Below are positions 50,822 to 61,097 of a stretch of DNA of 64,000 nucleotides, piece by piece. This DNA is from Bdellovibrionales bacterium (lineage in GTDB: Bacteria; Bdellovibrionota; Bdellovibrionia; Bdellovibrionales; UBA1609). The stretch's first letter is position 1, and every line of letters begins with the position of its first letter. The position numbers and the translations under genes were made by a program. The notes beneath the pieces were generated by a model. The model saw only the letters and a list, made by a program, of their open reading frames with translations. It made no database searches and was not told where the DNA came from. The stretch is from positions 1,152,001 through 1,216,000 of the forward strand of contig OZ241456.1 in assembly GCA_965200875.1 (NCBI GenBank), in the 5' to 3' direction.

Positions 50822-52267
50822 CTACAAAGGCAAAAGCTCCACTATTGACACTTTATGAGAAGAAAGATAATGATTCGCCGCCGCCTTTATCGTGTTGAGT
50901 GTTACCTTTTTATACCGATCCAAATCTTTAAACAATTCTCTGTAATCATTAAAATAAGCTTCATTTAAAGACAAAGAGTTGGCTTTCCCAGAAAGGGTTT
51001 TCACGCTTGATACATAATCATTCATTATGGAGCGGACACTTTTTAAAAGTTCTTTTTTGCTAACTTCCAAGGAAATCACCTTGTTTATTTCAGATAAAAA
51101 TAATTGTTTTGCTTTTTTCAAACTTCCTCCTGGAACCAATCTTATAAAAATGAGGAAGATACCATCTTCTTTTAAAGTATAGTAAAATCCTCCCACAGAC
51201 AAAGCCAGTTTTTGCTTATATACTAGTGACTGATGCAACCGGCTGGACTCACCGTTGCTTAAAATGCGATTTAACACTTCCAAAGAATATGCCTCATGTT
51301 CTCCAGCTTTTGGTCCTCTATATGCAAAAGCCAAGGTGGGAGCTTGTACGGCTCTTTTTAAAGTGACTTTTCTTTGTTTTGTCTGTAAAGCTTCCTCCGG
51401 GAAAGATTTTTTTTTCAGCTGAGAAGGCTTTAAGGAACCATAATATTTTTGAATCCACTTTCTGGCTTTTTCTATTTCAAAATCCCCGGCCAGAACCAAT
51501 ATGGAATTATTGGGTGCATAATGAGAATGATAGAACTCTTTACAGTCCTCCAGACTCATTTTCTCCAAATCCTGCATCCAACCTATAATCGGCCTTCCAT
51601 AAGAATGCGTTTTAAAAATCAAATTCATCATAGGTTCAAAAATTTCATTGGGGTTGTTATCTGTCTGTTCTCTTCTTTCCTCTTTAACCACTTCCACTTC
51701 TTTGTCCAAGTTGCTTTGTGTAAGTCGCAAGCTCTTAAGACGCTCTGTTTCCATTTCCAAAACCATTTCCAGCTTGTGGCTGGGAAGAGTTATTTCATAA
51801 GCCGTATAATCTCTGGAGGTAAAAGCGTTATTCGTGGCCCCTATGGAAGCCAGTCTTTCTTCATATTCCTCGCCCGTGTATTTGTTCGTTCCCCTGAACA
51901 TCATGTGCTCAAATAAATGTGCCAACCCTGTTTTGCCCTCTTCCTCATCTTTAGAACCTGTTTTTACCAATAACTGATGATAAACCTGAGGAATATTTTG
52001 ATCCTGATGCAGTAAAACAGTCATGCCGTTTTCCAAAGAATATTTTTCCACTTTAAAATCAATAAGAGAACCTGTGTTTTTCATACCAAATTGTTCCTTA
52101 ACGGGATATGTTTCTTGTTTTTTAGCCATAGATTTTATACCTATATTTTTCACTGTTGCACTTGAGTTTTTCACTGTTGCACTTGAGGCAAACAGAAATA
52201 TTACCAGTATAATAAAAAAATACCGAAATAAAAATAATAACCACATATTTGAAATCCTTTTTCTCAA
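50822..52267 (-). CDS. M16 zinc peptidase (pitrilysin family)
   Basis: GLAHLFEHMMFRGT, NAFTS, EVVKEER; start uncertain. Confidence 0.92.
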   Translation of the reverse strand: MRKRISNMWLLFLFRYFFIILVIFLFASSATVKNSSATVKNIGIKSMAKKQETYPVKEQFGMKNTGSLIDFKVEKYSLENGMTVLLHQDQNIPQVYHQLLVKTGSKDEEEGKTGLAHLFEHMMFRGTNKYTGEEYEERLASIGATNNAFTSRDYTAYEITLPSHKLEMVLEMETERLKSLRLTQSNLDKEVEVVKEERREQTDNNPNEIFEPMMNLIFKTHSYGRPIIGWMQDLEKMSLEDCKEFYHSHYAPNNSILVLAGDFEIEKARKWIQKYYGSLKPSQLKKKSFPEEALQTKQRKVTLKRAVQAPTLAFAYRGPKAGEHEAYSLEVLNRILSNGESSRLHQSLVYKQKLALSVGGFYYTLKEDGIFLIFIRLVPGGSLKKAKQLFLSEINKVISLEVSKKELLKSVRSIMNDYVSSVKTLSGKANSLSLNEAYFNDYRELFKDLDRYKKVTLNTIKAAANHYLSSHKVSIVELLPL

Positions 52268-52436
52268 ATATTCGTAATAGTATATTATAAAAAGAACTGG
52301 AAGGAAACGAAAATTTCTCTATTGACAAAAACACAAATTGAGTGACTCTGCCCGGACAAATGTGAAAACAAACCCATTCATTTTATAAAATGACGCTTCA
52401 CTTCCTCGCTAATGAACATTCCCTGTCAGGATATAT

Positions 52437-52988
52437 TTACTCACGAGGCAAATTATATTCTTTATATTCTCCGATATTGTTCATCAGATCCACAAAATCC
52501 TCTGAACAAGGAGATACAGGATATATATGAGGAGCAAGATATCCTCCTATACCACTAATATTATAATGTGCAGGATTTTTAAGCAAAACATCCAAAGATC
52601 TTACGGAAGAACACTCACGAGATTGACATACATTGACAGCAAGAGGGAATGCCTCCGCCGGCACTTTCACACATTCTCCATCCACTTTTGCCTCTTCCAT
52701 AATCACATATTCCAATTCCACAGATGTATACTTGGTAGGAGGAATAATGTATGTTCCTTCGGTATCCACACTTGTCAAAAGTATATATACTGGATTTACC
52801 CCTCGATGATCCTGAAAATCGTTTGTTATAGTGTAAAACTGCTCCATATCAGGTTTGATTACAGACTCTACAGATGTCTTATTCTCTTCTTCATCTGTGG
52901 ATGCTAATTCATTAACAGCTGTATCCTCACAGGAAAGCAGGAGAAAAAAAACACAAAATAAAAATAAAACTTTGTTCTTCATAATCAC
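52437..52988 (-). CDS. Hypothetical lipoprotein
   Basis: LLLSC lipobox; GAGGTG RBS. Confidence 0.75.
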   Translation of the reverse strand: MIMKNKVLFLFCVFFLLLSCEDTAVNELASTDEEENKTSVESVIKPDMEQFYTITNDFQDHRGVNPVYILLTSVDTEGTYIIPPTKYTSVELEYVIMEEAKVDGECVKVPAEAFPLAVNVCQSRECSSVRSLDVLLKNPAHYNISGIGGYLAPHIYPVSPCSEDFVDLMNNIGEYKEYNLPRE

Positions 52989-53137
52989 ACCTCTTTTTTT
53001 TGTTAAAGCCTTTTTAACCTATCATAATATCTGGTAACTATTAATACTTTCGTATACCTAATTTCCCTTATTTCCTTTGATTTCGCAAAAAATTCATTAA
53101 AAACAGGACTAAAGCCGGTTTTTTATTTTTGCGGAAA

Positions 53138-54439
53138 TCAAGAAAATAGCTGGCTACGCCAGATGGTGGCGGATCGGGAAGAACCAACAGACACCACACT
53201 CACAGGCACACCTAATTCCTCTTGAATGAAAGTAATATAATTTTGAGCCTCTAGAGGTAGTTCTTCAAAATTCTTCGCCAAGGAAATATTTTTTTTCCAG
53301 CCGGGAAGAATCTTATAAACCGGTTTACACAGATTTAATTTTGAAGAACATATAGGATAATCAAAAGTAGTTTTTCCATTGAGTTTATAAGCCACACAAA
53401 CAGGAAGATCTTTTAAACCAGAGAGCACATCCAATTTCATTAAAGCTATATGAGTAATTCCATTGACACGCACAGCGTATTTCAAAGCCGGCAGATCCAA
53501 CCAACCACATCTTCTCATGCGTCCGGTGGTGGCACCCCATTCTTCACCAGCTTTTTGTAAAAGCTCCCCTTCTTCACCAGAACATTCTGTGGGAAAAGGT
53601 CCCTCTCCCACTCTGGTCGTGTAAGCTTTAGTAATGGCAATCACTTTTTGTATGAAACCCGGACCGATTCCCACTCCTGCCAAAGCGGAACCAGCTACAG
53701 TGTTGGAACTGGTCACATAAGGATAAGTACCATGCAACAGATCTAAAAGGCTTCCTTGCGCACCCTCAAACAACACTTTTTTATCTTCTTTTAAAGCTTT
53801 GTAAATCAAAGCGGAAGTATCAGGATGGCGATAGTGTTTCAGCTTTTCCCTTAAAGTAAGAATTTGCTCTAAAATATCTTTTGAAGAAACAGATTTCTCT
53901 TTATAAAAATTTTCAATCAGGAATTTTTTTTCGCTAATAGCTTTTTCCAATTTACTTTTTAATGTTTCTTTTTGTAGAAACAAATCCCTGAACAGCAAAG
54001 CTTTGCGGGAAGCTCTATCTTCATAAGCCGGGCCGATACCTTTTCCAGTAGTGCCTATTTTTAGACCATTCGCAACTTTTTCCCGTGCCTGATCCAAAAT
54101 TTTGTGATAACTGAGCAGGACTGTGGCAGAGTCGGAAATAAGCAGTTTTGATGGAGTACTCAGATAATCACCAAATTGTTTTATAGCCTGTATTTCTGAA
54201 ATAAGAGTTTCAATGTCCAAGACCACACCGGAACTGATAACACAGGTGGTGTTTGAGTGAAAAATTCCTGAAGGAATAAGGTGTAAAACTTTTTTCTGAC
54301 CTTTAATATTCAAAGTATGGCCAGCATTGGAACCACCTTGATAGCGGACAACATAATCTGCCGTGGAGGATAATACATCCACCGCTTTTCCTTTTCCTTC
54401 GTCACCCCATTGGCAACCTATTACAATAATACCTGACAC
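53138..54439 (-). CDS. purA: Adenylosuccinate synthetase
   Basis: QWGDEGKGK, NAGHT, GIGPAYED, GTYPYVTSS, TTGRMRRCGW. Confidence 0.97.
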   Translation of the reverse strand: MSGIIVIGCQWGDEGKGKAVDVLSSTADYVVRYQGGSNAGHTLNIKGQKKVLHLIPSGIFHSNTTCVISSGVVLDIETLISEIQAIKQFGDYLSTPSKLLISDSATVLLSYHKILDQAREKVANGLKIGTTGKGIGPAYEDRASRKALLFRDLFLQKETLKSKLEKAISEKKFLIENFYKEKSVSSKDILEQILTLREKLKHYRHPDTSALIYKALKEDKKVLFEGAQGSLLDLLHGTYPYVTSSNTVAGSALAGVGIGPGFIQKVIAITKAYTTRVGEGPFPTECSGEEGELLQKAGEEWGATTGRMRRCGWLDLPALKYAVRVNGITHIALMKLDVLSGLKDLPVCVAYKLNGKTTFDYPICSSKLNLCKPVYKILPGWKKNISLAKNFEELPLEAQNYITFIQEELGVPVSVVSVGSSRSATIWRSQLFS

Positions 54440-54535
54440 AAAAAGAAATTAAGACATGAGGGTAACCTTTTGGCAAGTGCTATTATGGAAGCATTTGAAT
54501 TACCTAGACTTCAGAGACAAGTTGGTCATCTACAT

Positions 54536-54660
54536 GAGTCATCGGTGAAAAAGGGTGTTTTATATCAAAGTCATTCCCGTAAAAACGGGAATCTTGCTGG
54601 GTTTTAAAGAGATTTGCCATACTTTTTTCCTTAAGAAAATATACTTTTTCTTCAAATACG
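54536..54660. repeat. MITE/REP-like element containing GTCATTCCCGTAAAAACGGGAATC hairpin
   Basis: Hairpin at 54570-54593; ends loosely similar to the other copies. Confidence 0.6.
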
Positions 54661-54685
54661 CGCTTATAGACAAAAGACTGACTTT

Positions 54686-55018
54686 TTATTTCTTATAAAC
54701 AACAATGGCAAGAACAATGGCGAGAGTAGCAACCACAGAACCAAGGATTATACCGGCATTAGCAATTATATTGCTGTCTTGAATTTCCTGAGCTTTAGGT
54801 TGAACTTTCTCAATCACTTTTTTTTCTTCATCTGTTTCTGGCAACCGACAACGAGGCTGATATACTGTAGTGTGGTTGGAAGATTGTCCTATATTTATAC
54901 TAGAACCTACATACACCTCTCCATTTAGAGCACACCTTTGCTGACTCGTTAAAGGAGTGACACAACCACTCAGAAAGGTCAAACTCACAATCAGTAAAAT
55001 TGAAATAAAATTCCTCAT
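54686..55018 (-). CDS. Small lipoprotein with C-terminal TM helix
   Basis: FLSGC lipobox; hydrophobic C-terminus. Confidence 0.75.
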   Translation of the reverse strand: MRNFISILLIVSLTFLSGCVTPLTSQQRCALNGEVYVGSSINIGQSSNHTTVYQPRCRLPETDEEKKVIEKVQPKAQEIQDSNIIANAGIILGSVVATLAIVLAIVVYKK

Positions 55019-55149
55019 AATATTTTTTATACTAAAATGCCTTATTATCTGTCAATAATTAATTTAATGTGGTTAACTGGCAGAATAGGAGAAAACAAGG
55101 CCCATTCAACAACCCATTCAACACTGGCTTTCTGATAACTTGATTATGA

Positions 55150-55977
55150 ATGGCAAAAACCCGGCAACACATATTATATCAAAAATCCGGGAGTACAAAA
55201 TATAATATGCAAAAAGCATTAATCATTCTCACTTATATAAGAGCTATCTTCCATTGGTTTTGGCTGGTGTTTTTTACTGTGTTATCCATATTGATTATTC
55301 TTTCTTTTGAAATAACAGGCTGTAAAAAAAAAAGCCACAAAGCAACACAATTTTGGGCTTTTGGCATCTTATGGTTTTGCGGAATTAAAGTCAAAAGCAA
55401 AAACAGATACACCCCGGAAAAACCTTTTCTGATATTATTTAATCACCGCAGTTATGTGGATATTCTGGTTTTGTTTCAATCTATCCCTGACCGATTTCAT
55501 TTTGGATCAAAAACAACTATTTTTTCCATTCCTGTTTTAGGTTTCGCCATGAGAAAAATGGGACACATATCCATTGAAAGAGAAAACCCTAGGTCAGCTG
55601 TAAAAGTATATAAATCCTTAAAAGAAAGAATTAAAAAAGGAGACTGTTTCGCTTTATCACCTGAAGGTGGAAGACATACCGGATCTGGGCTGGCTCGGTT
55701 TAAAAAAGGGCCTTTCTCTCTTGCTATTAACAACCAGATGAAAATTCTGCCAACTCTTATTCATAAAGCAGAAGAATGTATGCCAAAAGGCTCATGGTTC
55801 TTTAATGTTGGAGCGTGGAGAAGAACAGTCACTGTGGAATACCTGCCAACAGTGAATACAACAGGAATGAATAAAACCGACTTACAAAAACTGCAAGCAC
55901 TGATTTATAGCACTATGTCAAAAAGAATCTCCAAAACTTCAGACAACCAACACACTGACTCAAACCCAAACCTATAA
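55150..55977 (+). CDS. 1-acyl-sn-glycerol-3-phosphate acyltransferase (PlsC family)
   Basis: NHRSYVD, SPEGGR, FKKGPF; start may be 55207. Confidence 0.9.
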   Translation: MAKTRQHILYQKSGSTKYNMQKALIILTYIRAIFHWFWLVFFTVLSILIILSFEITGCKKKSHKATQFWAFGILWFCGIKVKSKNRYTPEKPFLILFNHRSYVDILVLFQSIPDRFHFGSKTTIFSIPVLGFAMRKMGHISIERENPRSAVKVYKSLKERIKKGDCFALSPEGGRHTGSGLARFKKGPFSLAINNQMKILPTLIHKAEECMPKGSWFFNVGAWRRTVTVEYLPTVNTTGMNKTDLQKLQALIYSTMSKRISKTSDNQHTDSNPNL

Positions 55978-55982
55978 AAAAA

Positions 55983-57050
55983 TTACTGCGCACTCAACCG
56001 GACTATAGTATCAGCCACAACGGAATAGTCCTCCAGACATATATTGAAATTACCTCCTCCAATTTTTTTAGCCACTTCAGAAATCTTCTCACCGGGAGTG
56101 GATTGTTCCCAAAGCCAGCTCTGTATCTTTATATTTTCTTCTACACAGTGTTCATCACCGGGCAAAACAATAATATTCAATATATAAAGTTTTTTCCCGG
56201 AACCATAAACTTTTTTAAACTCCTGAAAAATAGTACCTGCTGTCACATTAGGTTCATCCTCTTCCGGTTCTTCATCTTCATTGGTAATGATAATGGCTAC
56301 AAAATCCGCTTCTTTTCTGACAAATTGTTTATTGGCGGAAAACGACATCTGGAGGGCACGCAAAGGCTGTTCTCCTTCATCACAATAAGGGGCATAATAA
56401 CACCTATAACCGGTACCTACGCTTCCTCGATGCTTGGGTTCTCTGGTAAGAGTATATTGAAAAGTATTGGAGTAATCAGGCATTCTGGGTTCCAAATATT
56501 TTGCTTTCATTCTACCATCCTTGTTTTCCAACTCCATAGCCTTACCATTCAAAGCTGTAGTACCAATCCAATCAAACCACCCATCACCTGATGAATAACC
56601 AGCGTTCGTAAACATAATACGCCAATTCAACCTATTAATAATAGTAAGAAAAGTTCTGAATCTATCAGAAAAAAGCTTATTTAAGTAAGGCTCCATTCCT
56701 TCAGAAGTATCCAAAACAAACAAAATATCCATAGGTTTTTTTGGTTCTGGCAATGATGAAGCCTCAGAGTCGGAAGGTTCTCCATCTGCTGTAAGGCCAG
56801 ATTCTCCCTCATCTGCTCTTGATTCATCATTTTTTTCAGGACATTCGGTTAGGTAAAGAGTGTAATCCAATCCTTCACAAACACTCTTCTCTCCTCCATA
56901 CTCTTCTTCATCCTTTTCTTCATCTCTATCTTTCCTATCACGCTCTCTTCTGTCTCTCCTGTTTGAATCGCCATCTCCATTTTCAACATCCAGATCAGAA
57001 CAACTAAAAAACAAAAAAAGACAAAAAAATAAAAGAATAATTGTTTTCAT
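55983..57050 (-). CDS. Lipoprotein with VWA-like domain
   Basis: LFFSC lipobox; DILFVLDTSEGM (MIDAS-like), IIITNEDE. Confidence 0.7.
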   Translation of the reverse strand: MKTIILLFFCLFLFFSCSDLDVENGDGDSNRRDRRERDRKDRDEEKDEEEYGGEKSVCEGLDYTLYLTECPEKNDESRADEGESGLTADGEPSDSEASSLPEPKKPMDILFVLDTSEGMEPYLNKLFSDRFRTFLTIINRLNWRIMFTNAGYSSGDGWFDWIGTTALNGKAMELENKDGRMKAKYLEPRMPDYSNTFQYTLTREPKHRGSVGTGYRCYYAPYCDEGEQPLRALQMSFSANKQFVRKEADFVAIIITNEDEEPEEDEPNVTAGTIFQEFKKVYGSGKKLYILNIIVLPGDEHCVEENIKIQSWLWEQSTPGEKISEVAKKIGGGNFNICLEDYSVVADTIVRLSAQ

Positions 57051-57088
57051 TTCTGATTTTCCAAACTGTTTTCTTTGTTGCAAAAATC

Positions 57089-57240
57089 TTTTTCACAGAC
57101 CACTAATATAGTCCGCCGTGAAAAAACCATAGTGCTTCAACTATCACACTCTTTTTTCATGTACTTTCCCAAGGAGTGTCATTCCCGTGAAAACGGGAAT
57201 CCAGGAAAATAACATACTTTTTCATGAACCACTAATATAG
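57089..57240. repeat. MITE/REP-like element (57109-57234) plus an adjacent solo right end
   Basis: TAGTCCGCCGTGAAAAA...GTCATTCCCGTGAAAACGGGAATCCA...TTTTTCATGAACCACTA; CCACTAATATAG at 57100 and 57229. Confidence 0.7.
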
Positions 57241-57573
57241 AATCGGAAGACTTAAAGCTTTTTATTAAAATATAAAAAAATCAGGATATGTACTAAGTCC
57301 TGCTTATAAGACATTTGTCTAAAAAACCAAAGAAAGCCAGGAAAATTAAATCTTTTTGGATTATAGAGTCTGAAAGAAAAAACCTGGTTTTTTCACTTGC
57401 CATTGGTACTGGTTTGCCATTAACTTGTTAGTAATTCAAGGGGCTGAAAAAACTTTCCGGTTATAATTGTGCTGACTTTGAAAAATGTCCTTTTAGAGAA
57501 CATCTTTTTTTAAGGTTTAGGATTTCAGCTGATTTTTTAATAAAATTTCGTAAATATAGAACAAGAAAAAATT

Positions 57574-59355
57574 ATGCCATTTTTAGACTTCAAAGGTAAA
57601 TCAGTTGTTTATTCTCATCATTTGAAGGTTCCTTTTCGCTCCCTAAAAGTGGATGCAAAAAAATCTCTGCCTTGCTCAGTGGCTAGCAGACAGAGCAAAT
57701 CTATCCGACAGAGCAAATCAGGCAGAAAGCAAAACAACACCAAGCCCAACTTAGATGACAACTTGATCATTCAGGGTGATAACCTTCATGCCTTAAAAGC
57801 CCTTTTGCCCAGGTACTCTGGCAAGATCAAATGTATTTATATTGACCCGCCTTACAATACTGGAAACGAAGACTGGAAATACAACGACAAGGTGAACAGC
57901 CCTATGATGAGAGAATGGCTAAAGCAAACCGGCATCGGAACAGACGATGAAGAAAGGCATGACAAATGGCTCTGCATGATGTGGCCAAGACTACAGTTAT
58001 TAAAGGAACTACTGAGTGATGACGGAGTGATCTTTGTTTCTATTGATGATAATGAACAGCATCATTTGCGGATGATAATGAATGAAATTTTTGGCGAAGA
58101 AAACTTTATCACTAATATTTCGAGAATTACTAAATTAGGGGGAAATAAAGGAGATTTATATAAACCAAAAAAAGATTATATTTTAGTTTATTCTAAAGAT
58201 GTAAAGAAAATCAATAAAGGGGCTTATGGAAAGCCTGTTGATTCATTCCATTATAAATGGCAAACAGAGATATTTAATGGCAAAAAAAGAAAATTCTGCA
58301 AAGGAGATATACCCTATAGAGATAAATTAGATGTTCGTCCAAACCAGAGATATTATATTCAAGCTCCAGATGGAAGTTTAATAATCCCTAAAGGAAATGT
58401 TTTTCCATCTAAAAAATCTGATGCTGAACAAATAAAACCACAAAGTAAGGAAGACAAATGTTGGACATGGACTAAAACAACTTATTTGTCAGAAAAAAAG
58501 AAAGGCAGATTGCTTTTTGTTAAAAGTAATAAATCTCCTTTTCTCGATGAAAACCAAAAACAATCTAATTGGACTGTTTATAAAAAAATTTTTGATGAGG
58601 ATCTGAAAAATAAAAGAGAAATTTTATCAGATTTTATTTCCCATTTTGGAAACTCATTAGGTACTGCTGAATTGCAAGAACTTGAAATAAAATTTACTTA
58701 TCCAAAACCTTCAAAACTGATAAAAAATCTTATAGAAAAAACTCATTCAGACAAAAGTGCTATTATATTGGATTCTTTTGCAGGGTCTGGCACAACGGCC
58801 CATGCAGTGCTGGCCCTCAATAAGGAGGATGGGGGTAAGCGTAAATTTATTCTGGTTGAGTGTGAGGATTACGCAAGCGACATTACAGCAGAGCGGGTCC
58901 GCCGGGTGATTAAAGGTGTCCCTAAAGCTAAAGATGAAAACTTAAAAAAAGGCTTAGGGGGATCATTTACTTATTGTTCTTTAGGAGCTGAGATAAGTGC
59001 TCAAAATATGTTAAAGGGGAAACTTCCTGATTACAGGCAACTTGCGGAATATGTATTTTACACTGCCACTGGGAAAAACCTTGAAAATCTGCAAAAGAAA
59101 AACCCAACATGGTTTATAGGAGAAACAAAGCTTTACAGACTCCACCTTGTCTATAAGCCTGATGTTTCGTTTTTAAGAAGCAAAAAAGCAGATTTAAATT
59201 TAGAGTTGGCAGAGAAGATAAAAAAGCAAAATCTCCCAAACAAGAGGACTTTGGTTTTTGCCTCGGCAAAGTACATTGATCAAAAAGAGCTAAAGCAGAA
59301 CTATGGAATTGAGTTTTGTCATCTTCCTTATGATATTTACAAACTCATGTCTTAA
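57574..59355 (+). CDS. Type III R-M Mod-like adenine DNA methyltransferase (no adjacent res gene)
   Basis: IQGDNLHALK, YIDPPYNTG, VSIDDNE, YPKP, LDSFAGSGTT (beta-class order). Confidence 0.92.
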   Translation: MPFLDFKGKSVVYSHHLKVPFRSLKVDAKKSLPCSVASRQSKSIRQSKSGRKQNNTKPNLDDNLIIQGDNLHALKALLPRYSGKIKCIYIDPPYNTGNEDWKYNDKVNSPMMREWLKQTGIGTDDEERHDKWLCMMWPRLQLLKELLSDDGVIFVSIDDNEQHHLRMIMNEIFGEENFITNISRITKLGGNKGDLYKPKKDYILVYSKDVKKINKGAYGKPVDSFHYKWQTEIFNGKKRKFCKGDIPYRDKLDVRPNQRYYIQAPDGSLIIPKGNVFPSKKSDAEQIKPQSKEDKCWTWTKTTYLSEKKKGRLLFVKSNKSPFLDENQKQSNWTVYKKIFDEDLKNKREILSDFISHFGNSLGTAELQELEIKFTYPKPSKLIKNLIEKTHSDKSAIILDSFAGSGTTAHAVLALNKEDGGKRKFILVECEDYASDITAERVRRVIKGVPKAKDENLKKGLGGSFTYCSLGAEISAQNMLKGKLPDYRQLAEYVFYTATGKNLENLQKKNPTWFIGETKLYRLHLVYKPDVSFLRSKKADLNLELAEKIKKQNLPNKRTLVFASAKYIDQKELKQNYGIEFCHLPYDIYKLMS

Positions 59356-59378
59356 AAACAAACCTTCGAGTTTTGAAT

Positions 59379-60653
59379 TTATGCACGAGGTTTTAAAAAA
59401 TCCCTATTGTTCAAATAAGGTTTGAGTGCGGAAGGAATATAGATAGAACCATCTTCCCTTTGATGATTTTCCAAAAAAACAGCCAATAAGCGAGGTAAGG
59501 CAATGGCTGTATTGTTTAAAGTGTGACAAAATTGAACCTTGCCGTTTCTGTCCCGATACCTGAGATTTGTTCTTCGCGCCTGCCAAGCCAAAAGAGACGA
59601 ACAACTATGCGTCTCCACATATTTGTTAAGAGAAGGCAACCAACATTCTATATCGTGCATTCTATACTTGCCAGCTCCCATATCCCCTGTTGATACCAGA
59701 ACTACCTGATAAGCCAGCTCAAAAGCCTGTAAAACCTCCTCCGCCGTTTTAAGCAAAAAACCATGCCAGTGATTTGTCTGTTCTTCATTATTTTCACAAA
59801 TCACATACTGCTCCAACTTTATGAACTGATGCACTCGCAAAAGTCCCCGTACATCTTTTCCCGCACTACCAGCCTCCCTTCTAAAACAAGGGCTTAACCC
59901 TCCCATAAGCAAAGGAAGTTTTTCCAAAGGTAAAACCTCCCCTCTGTGTAAACTGTTCAGAATCACTTCAGAAGTGCCAGTTAAATAAATATTATCTTTT
60001 TCAATATAATAAACTTGCTCCTCCCCTTCCGGGAAATGCCCACTCCCAACAAAAGAAGTACGATCCCCAAAATTCGGAAGACTGAAAATCTCAAAACCTT
60101 TTTTGATAAGATGCTGAATACTCCACTGAATCAAAGCTTGTTCCAATAATACCGCTTCATTTTTTAGACAATAACTGCGTGAACCAGACACCTGAGCTGT
60201 CCTTTGAAAATCTGCCCAGTTATTTTGAACCAGTAAATCAAAATGATCTTTCAAGGGGAAAAGCTGAGGTTTTTTCCCTTCAGTTTTAATCACTTTATTG
60301 TCGCTTTCATCTTTTCCCACAGGAGAATCTTCAGAGGGAATATTAGGGACCCGTAACATAAGAGAACGAAAACAGGTCTGTGTTTCACTTAATTCCATCT
60401 GTAATTTATTAATCTGTTGGGAAATATCTCTTCCGGTCTTGGTGATTTTCTGCTTTTCCTCTTCTAAAGAAACATTTTTAAACTTTTGTGCGTTCTCATT
60501 TTTTTTCCTCTGCAACTCCTGAAGTTTTTGATTACCTTCCAGTAATTCCCTGTCTAACTTCAATAATCTATCCAGATCCAGATCAATGTTCTTAACCTGA
60601 ATGGCCTGCCTGACTGCTTCGGGATTTTGGCGAATATATTTTATGTCCAACAT
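59379..60653 (-). CDS. serS: Seryl-tRNA synthetase
   Basis: MLDIKYIR, GTSEV, FRREAGSAGKD.RGLLRVHQF, HTLNNT. Confidence 0.97.
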   Translation of the reverse strand: MLDIKYIRQNPEAVRQAIQVKNIDLDLDRLLKLDRELLEGNQKLQELQRKKNENAQKFKNVSLEEEKQKITKTGRDISQQINKLQMELSETQTCFRSLMLRVPNIPSEDSPVGKDESDNKVIKTEGKKPQLFPLKDHFDLLVQNNWADFQRTAQVSGSRSYCLKNEAVLLEQALIQWSIQHLIKKGFEIFSLPNFGDRTSFVGSGHFPEGEEQVYYIEKDNIYLTGTSEVILNSLHRGEVLPLEKLPLLMGGLSPCFRREAGSAGKDVRGLLRVHQFIKLEQYVICENNEEQTNHWHGFLLKTAEEVLQAFELAYQVVLVSTGDMGAGKYRMHDIECWLPSLNKYVETHSCSSLLAWQARRTNLRYRDRNGKVQFCHTLNNTAIALPRLLAVFLENHQREDGSIYIPSALKPYLNNRDFLKPRA

Positions 60654-60726
60654 ATTATTATATCATTAAAAAGCGTATGCTCATCGTCAAGAAATAAAAT
60701 ATTTTGTGGGAATATATTTTTGCAAA

Positions 60727-61041
60727 TTATTCATCAGAACTGAGTGTATAGGGAACATGATTGACAAAAAAATTCAACCGCGGGCAAAATTTCACTTTCA
60801 ATCTCCTAGAAACCTCTTTTTGAATAAAATATCTTTCCTGTTCCAAAGAAGTGTATATTTGATCGGAACAATCTTTCTCACTCATCACAGACAAAAATAC
60901 CTTAGCTGTTTTCATATCGCTGGCTATAGCTGTCTCTTTTATGGAAATAAAACCCGGGTAAGAGTTTTTCTTTTTTGTCATAAAATATTCCATCAGAATT
61001 TTTTGAAGATTTTTATTTATCTTTAGCAACCGGCGGTTCAT
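60727..61041 (-). CDS. rbfA: Ribosome-binding factor A
   Basis: DMKTAKVFLS...PRLNF; immediately downstream of infB. Confidence 0.88.
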   Translation of the reverse strand: MNRRLLKINKNLQKILMEYFMTKKKNSYPGFISIKETAIASDMKTAKVFLSVMSEKDCSDQIYTSLEQERYFIQKEVSRRLKVKFCPRLNFFVNHVPYTLSSDE

Positions 61042-61097
61042 AACTATAACTTTCTCTTGTTTTAGGATTTGTTTTTTTTCTGTCTTTGAATAAGATC

